Below, in pieces: positions 28,211 through 41,055 of a stretch of DNA of 64,000 nucleotides. Every line of letters begins with the position of its first letter. Position 1 is the first letter of the stretch. This stretch comes from Heterodontus francisci (taxonomy: Eukaryota), in assembly GCF_036365525.1 (NCBI RefSeq), contig NC_090371.1, positions 113,784,388-113,848,387 on the forward strand. Direction: 5' to 3'. Under the pieces are notes generated by a model, which was not told the DNA's origin, searched no databases, and saw only the letters and a list, made by a program, of their open reading frames with translations. A program made the position numbers and the translations under genes.

Positions 28211-29668
28211 AAGTGGAAGATGATGATATTGATCAGTCTGAGGGAACTGTACTGGTCACAAGAAGCTTCAGTCCGGTAATGAGGGTATTAGTCGCAGATT
28301 CATTTAATTGCTCCATGTTGAATAGTGTTCCACAGTATGTGGAATGGATTGACTGAAGTGTTATTTCAATTCACTAAGTAGTAAGGATCGAAATAATATC
28401 AGGGAGTATGAAAGTTCGACTTTGGGGATTGTAACACATGAAAGTCACTGAAAAGAGCGGTGATTCCATGTAGAATAGCTGGAGTAAGCCACTTATTAGT
28501 ACAAATGTGGTATCTAGTGAGATGCCCTTGCTGCTGAGCAAGCCTTCCATGAAAGAGGCACAAATTAAATTGGACATGGAACATGATAAAGCAATTTTCC
28601 TTGAGTAAATTGCAAATCTACTGACTTTCCAATCAGGACGTTATTGCAGCCCTTTAACAGAAACTAGCATCTCAAATAGGAATGTTAAAGCAGTGTTAGT
28701 GGCATCAGGTGATAGGAGTTTGACAGACAAGAAGCAAATTGTCTTAAAGTTACTTCGCTAAATTGTTATGTAATTTAAAGACAATTTTCTCATCCCTCGT
28801 CACAGATTCAATTCCTACTAAAAGATGTGGGGGTCGATGATGACTACACAAAGCTTATTGAGATTAGTGAAAAATATGATACATGTAAAAAGTATTGGGG
28901 GACGCCATCACAGCCTATTGTAAGTCATCCATTAGCAAGAGACTTTAATGATGTAGTAACTATGGATTTAAAGGTGTGGGACAAGGACAAACATTTTCAT
29001 TTTGCATTTCATAGATATGGCAACAAGATTCAGTCATTTTACAGGATTACATGGTAAAAGACAAAACAGTAACTGTAGATAAAATAATGGAAAAATGTAT
29101 ACAGACTCGACTGAGGACACCAGCAATTCCTGACTGACAATGGTGGGGAATTTGCCAATGATGCGTTCGGAGACATGTGCGAAAATATGAACACTGTAGT
29201 GATGAACACCACAGCTGAAAATCCTTTCAGTAATGAACTTTGTGAAAGAAATCACGCAGTGATTGATGAGATGCTCCAAGAGATTTTAGCTTGCAATTTG
29301 GTTGGTTGGCTAACATCTGCTATAGCGTGGGCAGTCCATGCGAAAAATTTGCTCCAAAAGGTTTGGGGGCTATAGTCCGTAACAGTTCGTCTTTGGGAAG
29401 AATCCCAAAATACCTTCTGTACTGCTTGATCATCCCCAGCCATAGAAGGGACTACAATTAGTTCCACCTTCTCTGAGCATTTGAGTGCCCGACATGTAGG
29501 GAGATGGGCGTTCATCAAGGCAGAAGACTCAAGAGAAAATTTGACGAGCTTTATGGCATTGCATAAGACCGTCAGAGATAAACTTTAATCCTGGGGATTT
29601 AATATACTATAAAAAAAGAGGGTCAGAAAGTGTGGAAAGGTCCAGGTAAAACGATGGGAAGACTTAGA

Positions 29669-31856
29669 TTCTCCAACATCTTCCCTTGATATTCAATGGC
29701 ATTACGATTGCTGAAGCCCTCACTATCAACATCCTGGGGGTTACCATTGACTAGAAGCTGAACTGGAGTAGCCATATAAATACCTTGGCTACAAGAGCAG
29801 GTCAGAGGCTAGGAATCCTGTGGCGATTAACTCACCTCCTGACTCCCCAAAGCTTGTCCACCATCTACAGGGCACAAGTCAGGAGTGTAATGGAATACTC
29901 TCCACTTGCCTGGATGGGTGCAGCTCCAACAACACTCAAGAGCCTCGACACCAACCAGGACAAAGCAGCACGCTTGATTGGCACCCCATCCATAAACATT
30001 CACTCCCTCCACCACCAATGCAAGATTTTTAAAAATTCATTCATGGGATGTGGGCGTCGCTGGCCAGGCCAGCATTTATTACCCATCCCTAATTGCCCTT
30101 GAGAAGGTGGTGGTGAGCTGCCTTCTAGAACCACTGCAGTGCATGTGGGGTAGATACACCCACAGTGCTGTTAGGAAGGGAGTTCCAGGATTTTGACCCA
30201 GCGACAGTGAAGGAACAGCAATATAGTTCCAAGTCAGGATGGTGTGTGACTTGGAGGGGAACTTGCAGGTGGTGGTGTTCCCATGCATTTGCTGCCCTTG
30301 TCCTTTTAGTTGGTAGAGGTCGCGGGTTTGGAAGGTGCTGTCTAAGGAGCCTTGGTGCATTGCTGCAGTGCATCTTGTAGATGGTACACACTGCTGCCAC
30401 TGTGCGTCGGTGGTGGAGGGAGTGAATGTTTGTAGATGGGGTGCCAATCAAGCGGGCTGCTTTGTCCTGGATGGTGTCGAGCTTCTTGAGTGTTGTTGGA
30501 GCTGCACCCATCCAGGCAAGTGAAGAGTATTCCATCACACTCCTGACTTGTGCCTTGTAGATGGTGGACAGGCTTTGGGGAGTCAGGAGGTGAGTTACCC
30601 GCCGCAGGATTCCTAGCCTCTGACCTGCTCTTGTAGCCACGGTATTTATATGGCTACTCCAGTTCAGTTTCTGGTCAATGGTAGCCCCTCGGAGGTTGAT
30701 AGTGGGGGATTCAATGATGATAATGCCATTGAATGTCAAGGGGAGATGGTTAGATTCTCTCTTGGTGGAGATGGTCATTGCCTGGCACTTGTGTGGCACG
30801 AATGTTACTTGCCACTTATCAGCCCAAGCCTGGATATTGTCCAAGTCTTGCTGCATTTCTACACAGACTGCTTCAGTATCTGAGGAGTCACAAATGGTGC
30901 TGAACATTGTGCAATCATCAGCGAACATCCCCACTTCTGACCTTATGATTGAAGGAAGGTCATTGATGAAGCAGCTGAAGATGGTTGGGCCTAGGACACT
31001 ACCCTGAGGAACTCCTGCAGTGATTTCCTGGAGCTCAGATGATTGACCTCCAACAACCATAACCATCTTCCTTTGCGCTAGGTATGACTCCAACCAGCGG
31101 AGGGTTTTCCCCCGATTCCCACTGACCTCAGTTTTGCTCGGGCTCCTTGATGCCATACTCGGTCAAATGCTGCCTTGATGTCAAGGGCAGTCACTCTCAC
31201 CTCACCGCTTGAGTTCAGCTCTTTTGTCCATGTTTGAACCAAGGCTGTAACGAGGTCAGGAGCTGAGTGGCCCTGGCGGAACCCAAACTGAGCGTCACTG
31301 AGCAGGTTATTGCTAAGCAAGTGCCGCTTGATGGCACTGTCTACAACACCTTCAATCACTGTACTGATGATTGAGAGTAGGCTGATAGGGCTGTAAGTGG
31401 CCGGGTTGGACTTGGCTACTTTTTGTGTACAGGACGTACCTGGGCAATTTTCCACATTGCAGGGTAGTTGCCAGTGTTGTGGCTGTACTTGAACAGCTTG
31501 ACTAGGGGCACGGCAAATTGTGCAGCAACGCACCAAGGCTCCTTAGACAGCACCTTCCAAACCCGCCACCTCTCCCACCTAGAAGGACAAGGGCAGCAAA
31601 TGCATGGGAACACGACCACCTGCAAGTTTCCTTCCAAGCCACACACCATCCTGACATGGAACTTTATTGCCACTCCTTCACTGTCGCTGGGTCAAAATCC
31701 TGGAACTCCCTTCCTAACAGTACTGTGGGTGTACCTACCCCACATGGACTGCAGCGGTTCAAGAAGGCAGCTCACCACCACCTTCTCAAGGGGAATTAGG
31801 GATGGGCAATAAATGCTGGCCTGCAATGCCCACATCCCCATGAATGAATTAAAAAA
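29669..31856 (+). mobile_element. Family-B LINE 3' fragment (29669-30022 + 31518-31856), split by an antisense copy of the same family
   Basis: Both halves are colinear with 11585-12308. Tail ATGAATGAATTAAAAAA. Confidence 0.9.
30030..31517 (-). mobile_element. Family-B LINE, 5'-truncated, young
   Basis: ORFs 30125-31156 and 31078-31536 have [16 protein letters not shown] and LDIKAAFDRVWH. Confidence 0.93.
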
Positions 31857-33825
31857 CGATTAGGGTCCATTCATCTAGGTTAATAGGGATTGATTATAAA
31901 CTTGCAGAATCTGAACAATTATTAGAAGGTGATGCACTAGTCGGTACTAGGGTAATGCACATACCAGAGGGATCCACTGAATGGAGGGATACAACCATTG
32001 TAGTGAGAGCAGGGAGAGCCACCTGCAAATTCAAACATTGGCTAAACATCCAAGATGATGGACCAGAGGCAAGATCTATGCACTGGCAAAATGAAGTGAA
32101 ACAGTGGAAAGCGAGAAAAAGCAGTGCGAGTCCCCATAGTGAGTCTGAAAGTGACTACGGCACTCGGAAACTATCACGTGCTGGTGACAGAACCTCTGAT
32201 CATAGGAGGGAGAGATCCTGTAGGAGAGGTCCAGAAAGAGATAAGAGGGCAAGTAGAGGCCGTAGCTTGACTAGAACAAGGATTACAGAACAATCTAGGA
32301 ACACTACTAGAAGTAGAAGGCCTTATGATCGGCAAGTTATGGTGGTTGCAAATAAATTAGAAGAAAAACTGATGAGAGACACACAACAAAAAGTTGGAGG
32401 GAATTTGGTGTCTATTCTGAAGTGCAAGATAGGGGACAGCCAGTCTCATCATACAGATGGATATGTACGGAAAAGTACTCCCAGATGGGAAATAAAGGTT
32501 AAAGCGAGACTAGTGGCTCGGGGTTTTGAAGAGAGACTTGGTGATCAAGATGTGACACTGGACGCCCTCACGGCAGGAAAAGTGATCTTGTAAATTTTCT
32601 TCGCTCTTTTAGCCACATACTCTTAGGAATTTAGGTTGATTGATTGCAGGGTGAAAAATTGCAAAGAGAAGTGTTTTTGAAATCACGTAGAGAAGCGAAT
32701 GATGTAGAAGGGAAGCTGTGGAAAGTAAACAAATGTGTTTATGGATTCAATGATGCGTCAAGAGTATGTTATTTCTCTGTTAGGTCTGTCTTCTTGAAAG
32801 TAGGCTGTATTGAGCTGAAAGCAGATCCAGCAATGTTCTACTGGCATCACAAAGAGAAACACGCAGTCATCTTTATGATGCATGTCTATTTTCTATGGGA
32901 ATGTTCTGCAGAATTTGAGCAATTGGTTATAGATAAATTAAAAGGGGAGTTTAAGATTGGAAGCCAGGCTTCGGGGGCTATTAAAAAGGGTTAGAAATTG
33001 ATCAGAATAGGTTGGAAATTACCCTTGAAATAACAATCATATTTAGAAAGCGTTAATCGGTTCCCCATAAATTGGACCAGGTCGTCAAAGAAAGGTGATC
33101 TTACGACCAAAAGAGAAACAGCAGCTAAGAAGCCCGATTGGGTGGTCCAGCTGGTTATTTACTCAGAAGTATCGGAACTCAGTACTATAATGAAACACAC
33201 GACAATTGAGGAAGTTTTGAGGGCAAATAAAACATTAAAGAAATTAAACTGAGAAATTCATACTCAAGTTTCCATCATTGGGTGATCCGAAAACAAGAAA
33301 TTAATAATTTTTAGAGACACTTCTCATGCCAATCTTCTGGATAGATAGTCAAGTACAGCCGGGTTTATCATATTCTTGGTGGGAAAACATGGGAAGTGTT
33401 GTAAGCACTCTAGCTGCAGAAACACTGTTCGACACTGCTAGAGGCGTTAAATATGGGATTTTACTTACCTAACATTTAGAATGAAATCTTATACAAGGGG
33501 CATTCTGAGAAAAGTTTGCCCATTGAATTTTATGTGGATAACTGTTCACGTTGAGATAAAGTTCATTCGACAAAGAGTGTCACTGAGAAAAGATTACAGA
33601 TTGACCTTGCTAGCATAAAAGAAATGTTGGAGAGAAAAGAAATCTCTCAGATTAAATGGGTCATCGCAAGTCACCAACTTTCAGTCTGTTTTACAAAAAG
33701 GAATGCTAGATCCAAGAAATTTTTGGAGGAACTAGAAGGAGGACATGAGTTGTATGAAATATGGAAAATCATTTTTTTCTCTTTTTCTTTGTAATTCTTT
33801 AAGGTTCCTTTAAAGAAAATGATTT

Positions 33826-34035
33826 TTTTAATGGTTAATTATGTTAACGGTAAACAGCTGAAGGGCACTGTTCAATTAAAGAAAGTGAATATAAAAAGAG
33901 ATTGTGCTGGACACAGGGTGTTGGTGAACAGAAGGCAGAGATCTGTAATGCTGCATTCTGTGAATAAACAGACGATCAAGTAAAGGATCTGCGTCTAGTT
34001 TCATTCTTCGCAGTTTGGCCTGGATCCATTTAACA
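33826..34035 (+). repeat. Copia 3' LTR
   Basis: Homologous to 19207-19744. Ends CCATTTAACA. Preceded by purine-rich AAAGAAAATGA. Confidence 0.9.
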
Positions 34036-34072
34036 GAAACCACCCAATCCTTTCTACCTGTCTGTCACAAAT

Positions 34073-34090
34073 TGGGGACTCGTCTACGAT
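34073..34090 (+). promoter_or_regulatory. Primer-binding site, tRNA-Pro (Gypsy)
   Basis: TGGGGACTCGTCTACGAT matches 14/18 of TGGGGGCTCGTCCGGGAT, 3 nt after the LTR end TGTCACA. Confidence 0.8.
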
Positions 34091-34259
34091 ATTTTTGACC
34101 AATCAAATTAAAGGAAAGATTTGGAAACACGAGCAAAATTGACCTCGTGGAAAACTGAACAAACAGGTTTTCACGTATCATTCTGTTCTTCTCTACAGTG
34201 CTAGAAACAAAAAGACAGTCACATTTAGAGCAGGGAGCTTTATCCCATGATAAGTTAAA

Positions 34260-36600
34260 TCAATTAAGTATTGAAGATTGAAATGTTGTAACTGCCCACG
34301 TGGGAGTCACTTTCAAAACAAAGAAACCTGAAATAATGAAAAAAAAAAATAGCTAGCCATTTTAATCCTACCCCAAACTAGAAGAAATGGGCATGGAACC
34401 TGAAACGAATAAAAATTACACTAGCTAAGATTCAAGTGGAAAGGGGCCTTGCTATGAGAAAACTGGAATGACAAAAGGAAAGAGAGGAAAGAGTTTCAGT
34501 TGAAAATCAGAGAAAATACAATTGCAGAGAAGGGAAGAAGAGGTGAAGACTGCTGAGTTAGAAAGGCTGCACGCACAAGGTGAGAATGCCACCAGACACT
34601 CAAACCTTATCCCAAATCAGAGCAAAACTTTGATGTATTGAGACACTCACGGTTAGTACCAAAATGTAATGCGGAAGAGGTCACGTCCTATTTTATCTCC
34701 TTTTGAGAAAATAGCTAACAGGCTAAACTGGCCAAAAGAATATTGGACCCTCCACTTACAAAGCGAATTGGTGAGTTTGTGAAGCTCAGTCCGTTATCAA
34801 CAGAAAGCTCCCTCGATTATAAACAGACAAAAACTCCAATACTAAATGCATACGAGTTAGTTCCTGAAGCCTACTGAGAACAGTTTTGAAATGTTAGAAA
34901 ATGACCTATCCAAACCTTCATCTAATTTGAAAGAATTAAACATATGACTTTTGATCACTGAATCTGATCTCTTAAGTTAGAGGTCTCATATGAAAATTTG
35001 AGAGAAGTGATTTTACTAGAAGAATTTAAAAATAGCATTCCCTTTAACATAAAGACTCATTGAAAAACAAAGAATTACAAGAGTAAGAGAAGCAGCTGCA
35101 ATTGCAGATGATTATCAGCTTACGCATAAATCCTTTTTTCAGGGAAAACCCTTCCAGGAACCCTTCTGGGAAGGACAGAAAGTGGGATAATGATAAAAGA
35201 TGGGGTGCTAGTGAACAGTGAACCAAAAGTGAGAATGCAAGAAGCTCTCCGCCAGTAAAGAAAGAGCAGAGGGCAGGAATGTTTTCCACAGATTGTGTGT
35301 TCCCATTGCAGCAAAACAGGGCATGTAAAAGCCGAATGCTGGAAGTTAAAAAGGAAACCCATAAATTTTGTAGGTGTTCACAAGGCTTGCCTAGAAAAGG
35401 ATGTACAAGCAGGCAACAAGGCAGACAAGCCTGTGACCCTAACCACTGTGATGGACCCCTCAAAGAATACTGCTCTAGATGTAGCAAAAATAGAAAAGAT
35501 CTCTGAAGGTTATCAGGGTTTTGTTTCAAAGGGAAAGGTGTCCCCATACAATTCTAATGAGATGGGCAAGTCCATTGTCCTGCTCCAATATACAGCCGCC
35601 ACTCAATCCTTCATGGCATGACCTTTCCACCAGAGAGCTTGCTCAAGGCAAATGTTCTGCTACGAGGCATTGGAGGAGGATACATGCCAGTGCCTTTGAA
35701 TCAGGTCCAACTGCAGTGTGACCTCGTAGCTGGACCAGTTACTGTAGGGATTGTCCCTAGTCTACCTGTGGCCAGAATAGATTTGCTGCTAGGTAATGAT
35801 TTGGCTGGAGGTAAAGTGATAGCAGCTCCAGTGGCCTTAGACCAGCCAAATGAGGCCAGTGGGACAGAACAAATACAGGAGAAATCCCTGGAATCTTTCC
35901 TGCCAGTATAGTAACCAGATCCATAACTAAGCAAGCTCCAACACAGCAGCATGAGCCAGTAATTCAGCCAGATGACCCTGAGGTCTGGCTGGCTGAAACT
36001 TTTTTTTTGGACATCTAGGGTAGGCATACAACAGATCCTCCTCAATGAAGCCTAGCAGACAGACCCTGATTTAAGAAGGACACCGCTAACAGAATATTCT
36101 GAGGTAAAGACAGAGAAACTGCCTGAGTGCTATTGTTCCAAAAATGAAATCCTGATGAGAAAATGGACACCCCCACAGCAACCTGTAGAGGAGGAGTGGA
36201 CAGTAGTTCACCAAATTATAGTTTGCCCTAAATATCGTAGGAAAATTTTGAGAATTGCCCATGAGATCCCTATGGCTGAGCAAGTGGGTATCAGAAAGAC
36301 CCAGGCCCGGATAAGCCAACACTTTTACTGGCCACAAATCCACAAAGATGTGGTTAACTTTTGCAAGACCTGTCATACCTGCCAGGTTGTTGGGAAACCG
36401 CAACCTACAATCAAACCTGCTCCACAGATCCCCATTCCTACTTTCGAGGAGCCTTTCAGTAGAGTTCTAATCAATTGCATGGGACCCCTACCTAAAACCA
36501 GAACAGGTTATTGACACCTCCTAACCATCATGGATATAGTCATCTGATTCCCACAAGCCATACCCTTGAGGAAAATTACTGCCAAAGCGGTATTCTAGGG
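34260..36600 (+). pseudogene. Gmr1-like gag (SCAN-like capsid region, CCHC knuckle), protease and integrase N-terminus
   Basis: LREVILLEEFKNSIP; CSHCSKTGHVKAECW; IDLLLGNDLAG; AHEIP..GIRKTQARISQHFYWP..FCKTCHTCQ; EPFSRVLINCMGPLP. Confidence 0.85.
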
Positions 36601-36672
36601 ACTCCGACAAGTGACTTCTTTTTATTCGTTTGTGGAATGTGAGCGTCGCTGGCTCGGCCAGCATTTATTGCC

Positions 36673-38165
36673 TTTATCATTTCTTATCTTGACCCAAACC
36701 ACTTCTAAATACCTGAGCTTAGGTCATCCCTCTCTATTGTACGGCACAGTGGTGCAGTGGTTAGCACTGCAGCCTCATAGCTCCAGCGACCCGGGTTCGA
36801 TTCTGGGTACTGCCTGTGCGGAGTTTGCAAGTTCTCCCTGTGATCGTGTGGGTTTTTGCCGGGTGCTCTGGTTTCCTCCCACAGCCAAATATTTGCAGGT
36901 GATAGGTAAATTGGCCATTATAAATTGCCCCTCGTGTAGGTAGGTGATAGGGAATATGGGATTACTGTAGGGTTAGTATAAATGGGAGGTTGTTGGTCGG
37001 CACAGACTCCGTGGGCCGAAGGGCCTGTTTCAGTGCTGTATCTCTAAATAAATAAAAATAAATAATACCATTATTAATTTAAAAAGCCACCCCTCCACCT
37101 TTCCCAGCTTCCTGTTCTTCCTAAATGTTCTGTACCCTTCAATCTTCAGGTCATCCTGCAGCCATGTCTCTGTAATGGCTATCAGATCATACTTATTTAT
37201 TTCTATTTGCGCTCTCAGTTCATCTGTTTTGTTTCGAATGCTACATGCATTCAGATACAGAGCCTTTAGTTTTGTCCTTTTATTATTTTTGTAACCTCTA
37301 GCCTTGACTGCTGATTTACTCTTAGATTTGTAATCACTGTCCCTTCTTGTCACAGTTCCCATATTAATACCTTTCTCTCTTGCCTTGTCTGTACTATTTG
37401 ATTTACCATATCTTCCCAAATTTGATGCCTTGCCCCCAAAATTTAGTTTAAAACCCTCCTTACTTCCCTAGTTATGCGGCTCGCTAGAACACTGTCCCAG
37501 CAAGGTTTAGGTGTAGACCGTCCCAAAGGTACAGCCACCACTTTCCCCAGTACTGGTGCCAGTGCCCCATGAACGAGAACCCACTTCTACCACACCAGTC
37601 TCTGAGCCACGCATTCATTTCTCTAATCTTATTTGCCCTACTCCAATTTGTACGTGGCTCAGGTAATAATCCAGAGATGATTACCTTTGAGGTTCTGCTT
37701 CTTAATTTGGTGCCTAGCTCCTCATACTGATTAAGCAGAACCTCTTTCCTTGTCCTGCTTATGTTGTTGGTACCTACATGGACCATGATAACTGGATTGT
37801 CTCCCTCTCACTGTAAGTTCCTCTCTAGCCTTGAGCAGATGTCCTGAACACTGGTACTGGGCAGGCAATACAGCCTTTCGGACTCTCACTCTTTGCTGCA
37901 GAGAACATTGTCAATCCCCCTCACTATACAGTCCCCTTCTACCACCACCTTCCTTTTCGCCCCTCCCGCTTGAACGGCTTCCTGTACCATGGTAGCATGA
38001 TCAGTCTGCACATCCACATTACAGCCCTCGCTCTTGTCCACACAAGCTGCAAGAACCTCTAACTTGTTGCTCAATTGCAAGAGCCGAGGCTCCTCCACTC
38101 CCACCTTCTCGATCCCCCTTACCTGTCTGACCTGCAGTCACACCCTCCTGTTCCTGATCACTGTG
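36673..38165 (-). mobile_element. Old CR1 fragment (esterase ORF1 and APE start), interrupted by a SINE
   Basis: HVGTNNI, DGLHLN, LYLNACSIRNK and IAITETWL. Preceded by a reverse family-B tail at ~36616-36672. Confidence 0.85.
36741..37065 (+). mobile_element. tRNA-derived SINE (HE1/V-SINE-like)
   Basis: A box TGGTGCAGTGG, B box GGTTCGATTCT, CR1 tail and (AAAT)n end. Confidence 0.93.
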
Positions 38166-38199
38166 CCATAACTTATCTATGGTTCTATAGTACCTAAGG

Positions 38200-38935
38200 G
38201 AACTTTTTAAGGGTTTACAGAGACCTCACCTAGAGGTCAATCTAGCAAAGAGCGAGTTCACTAAGGCTAAAGCAACTTATTTAGGTCGCATCTTAGGCCA
38301 AGGTCGCGTGTTGCCAAGGACAACAAAGGTGCATGCCCTGGTAGATTTCTCCAGTCCCAAAACAAAGAGAGAAATAATGCCTTTCCTAGGAATGTGCGGG
38401 TTTTATTGAAAATTTGTTGAAAATTTCAGCACCATAGCTGCACCTTTTATTGACTTGTTGAAGAAAAGTGTAAAAGTGGTGTGGTCAGAGCGATGCCAGC
38501 TAGCCTTTGAAAATTTGAAGGCAATCTTAACAAATGACCCAATACTGGCAGCCCCAAATTTCAACAATCAATTTAAAATGGCTATTGATGCCAGTGATGT
38601 CGGAGTGGGGGCCATCCTACTCCAAGATGATGATTCAGGCCTAGAAAGGTCAATTGGTTATTTTTCCCAAAAAAATTAAACATAATCAAAAAAGAAATTC
38701 CACCATAGAAAAGGAGATATTAGGGCTCCTACACGACCTTCAACATTTCCAAGTCTATGCCAATAACAGACATGTAGAAATTCAAATTTACACCAACCAC
38801 AACCCCTGAACATTCCTTGAAAAATTCAACAATTCCAGACAGTTTTGATGGAGCTTGATGCTCCAGCCATTCAACCTGAAAATTGTACTTATAGCTGGGA
38901 AGAACAACATTATAGCAGACACCTTGTCCAGAAAG
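38200..38935 (+). pseudogene. Gypsy RT C-terminus and RNase H remnant
   Basis: LEVNLAKSEF..ATYLG; FLGMCGFY; FKMAIDASDVGVGAILLQ; YTNHNP; GKNNIIADTLSR. Confidence 0.88.
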
Positions 38936-39066
38936 TAAAATACTGTACAGCTAAAAAGCCTGTACAGAAGTCATGAGTGGAAGCCTGAGGAATGCATAGG
39001 ATGAAGGTGTACATGTGTCCATGTGTCCTACTTTCCTGCTTTCGGAGAAAAAACAAAAAGGGAAGG

Positions 39067-40034
39067 TGCCATGCAAAGAAGGAGCTATGACGAAGTAAAC
39101 AATGAAATGGAAGAATTATGAATAAAAAAAAGTTAACTGCTAAATAAAACCACAGGAACATGGACATTTGTATCACAGTCAAAATAGAGTAGCGGTCATG
39201 TGACCCCCACTCCTGTACTAGAAAATCAACAAACCTGTCTGCAGAGCTGAACCTCATTAACCTCATCTGAAATAGCTCTGGGAAGAACTCCTTTGAAATT
39301 GAAAAGAGCACTGCTACATATTAATGACTCTTACCGACATGAATGAACTAACAAAGGAGTCTGGAGACAGACTGACTCACAGTCCAAACCAAAATGAATG
39401 AGCGTGAACTAGCACCATGCTACCAGAATGGTCTCCATTCAGACATCAATTGATAGCCATGGTTATCATATCCTGGCCCACTGTGTGGTCACACCAGGGG
39501 AGAGGGCCATGTATCTCCTAACAGATAGATTCTTACCTTAAAAAGGTAGCCCTCAGGAGAGAGAGAAAGAGGGATGGGAAATCAAGCCAACACCTTCATA
39601 AAGCAGTCCAGCCAGAGGTTGTTTAAGTGATCCAGCCAAGCAAAAACCCTCCTGAACAATAACTGTACAACCACTATAGCAGAGACATCATAAAGTGATT
39701 TTAAGACTCTTCATTTGTAAGTAATAAAATCCACACCACCAGCTTTCTGCTGAGTTGTAACCACTAGAACTCTACAACACCTCAACAAGTTTGAGACTAC
39801 AAACACCCAGGCCTGCACCTTTAAAAGAGACTGTCCTCCTGAGAAGATTCAAGAGGTTTATTATAAACTATGAACACTTACCTCACTTTGAACTATAAAC
39901 TACCTACCCTTTTCTCTCTATCTATTCTTGTGTATATGTGTGTGTGAGTGAATGTGTGTGTGGGTGAGGTTGAGACCATTTTGGGAATTATGTAAAAAAA
40001 GTTATTTTTATTAAACCTACAAAAAAACCTGTCA
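39067..40034 (+). repeat. Gypsy 3' LTR, truncated at a Penelope insertion
   Basis: Follows PPT AAAAAACAAAAAGGGAAGG. Colinear with 18134-19131. Confidence 0.9.
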
Positions 40035-41055
40035 TAAGCAGGACGTTCTTTTGGCTTGCGGCAGCATCCTGTTAGTGGCGAACACCACATCTGGTGCTAC
40101 TGCATTGTAGTAGTGTGGAACAGCTAGCTGTTGCTCAGATCTTTGGGATACATTACCCTTCCAGGGTAATTTGAGGTAGATTGGGCACTTTTCTGGGCTG
40201 AAAATGACGTCTTTAGGCCTGTTCATAAGTTTGTGCGATATACAGCGAGAAATGATCTGATCAGGGTAACCATTGTCATGCAGGATGTCTTTGATTCGCC
40301 CTATTTCAGCATCAAACTTGCATGATGAGCAAATGGCTCAGGCCCTATTTTGAGGTTGCCGTCCTGCCTATCACACAAATGAGTAATGTGATGTATGAAT
40401 TTCAATACCAGTGTGATGCTAGGTACATCGGCCATACGTCCCAAAGACTGGCGGATTGTATCAAACAACATGTCCCTTCTGCTGTTCACAAGGGGCAAGA
40501 TACAGGCCGTACCCAACCAGCCCGTGCTTGCAAAACTTAAAACACAGTGTCCAACATTAGATGTGATTCTGCGATTGGACAACATTTGCTAAATAATGCT
40601 GACAACCAATTTAAGATGGTCAGTAGGGCTCACAGTGTGGTGCATTTACGCGTACTGCAAGATACATATATTAATACACAGGGCCCTGTTCTTTGCAGAC
40701 AGAAAGAATATGTACAAGCATTGCACCTGTTTCAGCTAAACAAAATAAGTGACAGCCATTCGCTGGTTCATTCCTCAGGGCAATGCCTTGACCAATCAGA
40801 GTCAAGCTGCCTGTTTTAAATTTCAAACAAAGCTTGGCAGTTAACTGTCAGTCACCGTAAACTGCTACGTTCTCCATGGCACCACCTCTACTAATCAGAG
40901 TTCACTTGCCAACCCATCAACACTCTCCACTTGCCAACCAATCAGCACTCTCTTCCCATACTGTATAAAGTTGTTGTTTTCCCTGACCTTGGTATTCCGG
41001 CTTATTGTCCTGATCAGTACAAGACGAAAAGTTTCGGCATGTCTCTATTTTCAGC
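40034..41055 (+). mobile_element. Penelope-like element (GIY-YIG end and pLTR) with an inverted 5' segment (40034-40350)
   Basis: Plus strand: SNVMYEFQYQCDARYIGHTSQRL..IKQH and DSAIGQHL. Minus strand: AICSS..EIGRIKDILHDNGYP..YLKLPWKG. Confidence 0.88.
41006..41039 (+). ncRNA. Degenerate minimal type-I hammerhead ribozyme in a Penelope pLTR
   Basis: TGTC-CTGATCA-GT(ACAAG)AC-GAAA-AGTT-TC-GGCA. Core G8 reads C, so it is likely inactive. Confidence 0.7.

Larger units (their letters stand above)
19207..34035 (+). mobile_element. Ty1/Copia LTR retrotransposon, GalEa-like, decayed
   Basis: ~210-bp LTRs (19207-19744 minus the SINE; 33826-34035). 5-bp TSD GGAAC/GAAAC. tRNA-iMet PBS. Gag PPMFSESESYDQWKKE, IN DFNDVVTMDLK / TDNGGEF / SNELCER, RT KARLVARGFEE and CVYGFNDASR, RNase H EKRLQIDLASIKEM. 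Confidence 0.9.

Noticed and set aside
31955-32593. 212-aa Arg/Ser-rich ORF resembling an SR protein
   Set aside because: It is the Copia IN-RT linker and ends in KARLVARGFEE.
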